A DNA stretch of 64,000 nt from Callorhinchus milii (taxonomy: Eukaryota), in NCBI RefSeq assembly GCF_018977255.1, contig NW_024704743.1, positions 26,662,001 through 26,726,000 on the forward strand, in the 5' to 3' direction. The notes below the pieces were generated by a model. It was given only the letters and a program-made list of their open reading frames with translations, was not told where the DNA came from and ran no database searches. Positions 62,068 to 64,000 of the stretch are shown here, in pieces (the first letter of the stretch is position 1; every line of letters starts with the position of its first letter). Position numbers and translations under genes: made by a program.

Positions 62068-62701
62068 CTTGGTAGCCCTGAAGCCAGACATCTCTCTTTT
62101 TCATTTAAGTAGTTATGCACATAAATAAAATAATGCTTGCATTTGATATAGCGCCTAATAAGGCTAAAACAGCTTCATAGGCAATTGCTGTCAAGTGCAA
62201 TGACAAAGTTTAGAGGAAAACACGGCCACCATTTGAAGCCTGGCTTTACCAACAGCAACACAGTAAATAATCATTTTATTATTAGAATCCAAGGGATTCT
62301 CTCCCTTTAACCTCTCCACCTCCCGCAGAGGCTTTGGTACAATGGAAGATTCTGAGCAAACATCCTGCTACCAAAATTCACTTTTCTAAAACAAAGTTGA
62401 TTTCCTGTAGTGTTTTTTTTAAACCAAACTCTGCTGGGTTGTTTAAAGGGAATACAGCAACAACAACAACAACAACTTGCATTTATACAGCCCCTCACAC
62501 AGGGTAGCATCCCAGAGCGGTTAGCGGGCTAAGTGGGAGCAGAGATCTCAGGAGCTGCATTGAGAAAACGCTGAGTGAATTTATCACTGGTCAACTTGGA
62601 AACCATTTTCATACACACGCCAACGCTAATTAAAACAAAGAATGGGTTAAGGAACAACACAGAATTTACCCTACAGAATTATAGATTGTTTAAAGCACAG
62701 A

Positions 62702-63131
62702 ATATAATAATAATCCTTGCATTTGATATAGCGCCTTATGACGTTTTTGAGATATCTCAAAGCGCTTCACTGAATATACTGTATAGTGAATTGACTATCT
62801 TTCGAGGGTGAAATGTGGCAGCCAATTGCGCACAACAGTATCCCAAAAACAAGCGTGGATTGATTGACCAAATTATTATTATTTTTTTCAAGGGATTATT
62901 ACTCGGAAAAGCGATCCTTTAATTGACTAACAACTGGGTTCCTACTTACAGCTATGTAAACAACAACAAATTGCATTTGTATAGTGCCTTTCATTTCAGG
63001 AGGACGTCCCAAGGTGCTGGAGAGGAATGTGGAGTATGGAAACTTGTCCAATGTTTTGCCCTGCCCGGGAATCAAACCTAGGTACTCTTATTTGTGGGGC
63101 GAGTGCTCTAACCACTAAGCTACAGGACTCC
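62702..63131 (-). mobile_element. Full-length SINE2-1_CM-like SINE interrupted by a ~60-bp L2 tail (62961-63020)
   Basis: SINE consensus gtaaac|agagg is split by aacaacaaattgcatttgtatagtgcctttcatttcaggaggacgtcccaaggtgctgg. Confidence 0.9.
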
Positions 63132-63419
63132 TTGACCTACAAACCACAGACCATTCGGTCTACCGTTTCTGTGCTTTTACTAACTACCCCACTGGAATTA
63201 TTGATACTCATTCTATTTCCCAGCTCTTTCCCCGTGAATTTTAATTTTGTTTATCCTCAACTTTTTGTTTTATTCCTTTTAAAATGCTGGTATCGTCTCA
63301 GTTTCAACAGCCATTTGTAATAAGGGAATCCATATCCTAACAGCCCCTCCATGTAAAAAAATGAATTCTTTAACAAACTCCTTTTTGTTTTCAGTAATAA
63401 TTCTCGATTCAGACTTAAA

Positions 63420-63725
63420 ATTTTACAGCATGGAAACAGGCCATTCAGCCCAATTAGTCTGTGCTCGTGTTATACTCCACAAGAGCTTCCATCCCTCCTC
63501 ATCCCCTCTCCCATATCTCTCCATTCCCTTCTCTTTCATGTGTAGTCTCTTAAATAAATACAATGCTTGAATTTGATATAGTTCCTTTCACGTCAGGAGG
63601 ACTGCCGCTAGGCACTTCGTGGGTTATACTTTAAAGTGTAGTCACTACGTATTTTGTAGGCAAAAGCAGCAGCCACATTACACATAGCTATGCCCCACAA
63701 ACAGCCGTAAAGTGAAGGACTTGTT
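63420..63725 (-). mobile_element. CR1 3' tail (63420-63545) and old SINE/L2-type tail (63562-63725)
   Basis: acagcatggaaacaggccattcagccc; tttgatatagttcctttcacgtcaggagg...gcagcagccaca. Confidence 0.6.
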
Positions 63726-64000
63726 AACTCAAAAGTTTGAGGCTGTTTTTGCTGCAGCAAAGATTAAAGGGAAAATTAAATGGGGACTTCCAAAATTATG
63801 AATGGTCAAATAGAAAGAGAATATTTTGACTGATTCAGCTACATGAGTTCAAGCATCATATGACCATTAACTCATTCTTATCTGCGGAGCAACGTTTTGT
63901 TGGTACTTTAATTTGGTGAGACAAGCGATCATTGTCTAGACTGATAGTTCAGTATAATATGGGAGAGATCTGTATTGTTGTGGTGCCATCAATCAGATGA

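Noticed and set aside
1030..63725. Recurring aatgcaaggattatt and ttgcatttgatatag motifs as a CRISPR-like array
   Set aside because: Dispersed, in both orientations and irregularly spaced; these are SINE tails
1..64000. Conserved vertebrate miRNAs, snRNAs, rRNA or endogenous viral genes
   Set aside because: None recognised by eye; only short seed-like coincidences without hairpins. An Rfam/miRBase search would be needed to exclude them

Overview
This is AT-rich eukaryotic DNA, intronic or intergenic, and crowded with retrotransposons. The repeats point to a cartilaginous fish, most likely a holocephalan such as Callorhinchus; this is inferred from repeat families recalled from memory, not from a database search. 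I found no convincing host protein-coding exon, rRNA, intact tRNA or CRISPR array. Every recognisable ORF in the track derives from a transposable element. Main contents: (1) many copies of a young tRNA-Ala-headed SINE (SINE2-1_CM-like) with a Deu/L2-type tail, plus older SacSINE1-like DeuSINEs; (2) many 5'-truncated L2 LINE 3' ends and one near-full-length decayed L2 (28.4-32.0 kb, minus strand, APE endonuclease + RT); (3) CR1 fragments covering ORF1 esterase, endonuclease, RT and 3' tails; (4) a Penelope-like GIY-YIG element. Structure not explained by these families: a degenerate palindrome of 1.4-2 kb centred near 2930 that predates a SINE insertion; an unclassified ~400-bp repeat present five times in the same orientation; hairpin clusters; a ~5-kb stretch with no recognisable SINE/LINE that holds homeodomain-cofactor motifs and a microexon-like signal; and faint possible DNA-transposon remnants. 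I found no evidence for a novel multi-gene system. Element boundaries are approximate, by-eye estimates.
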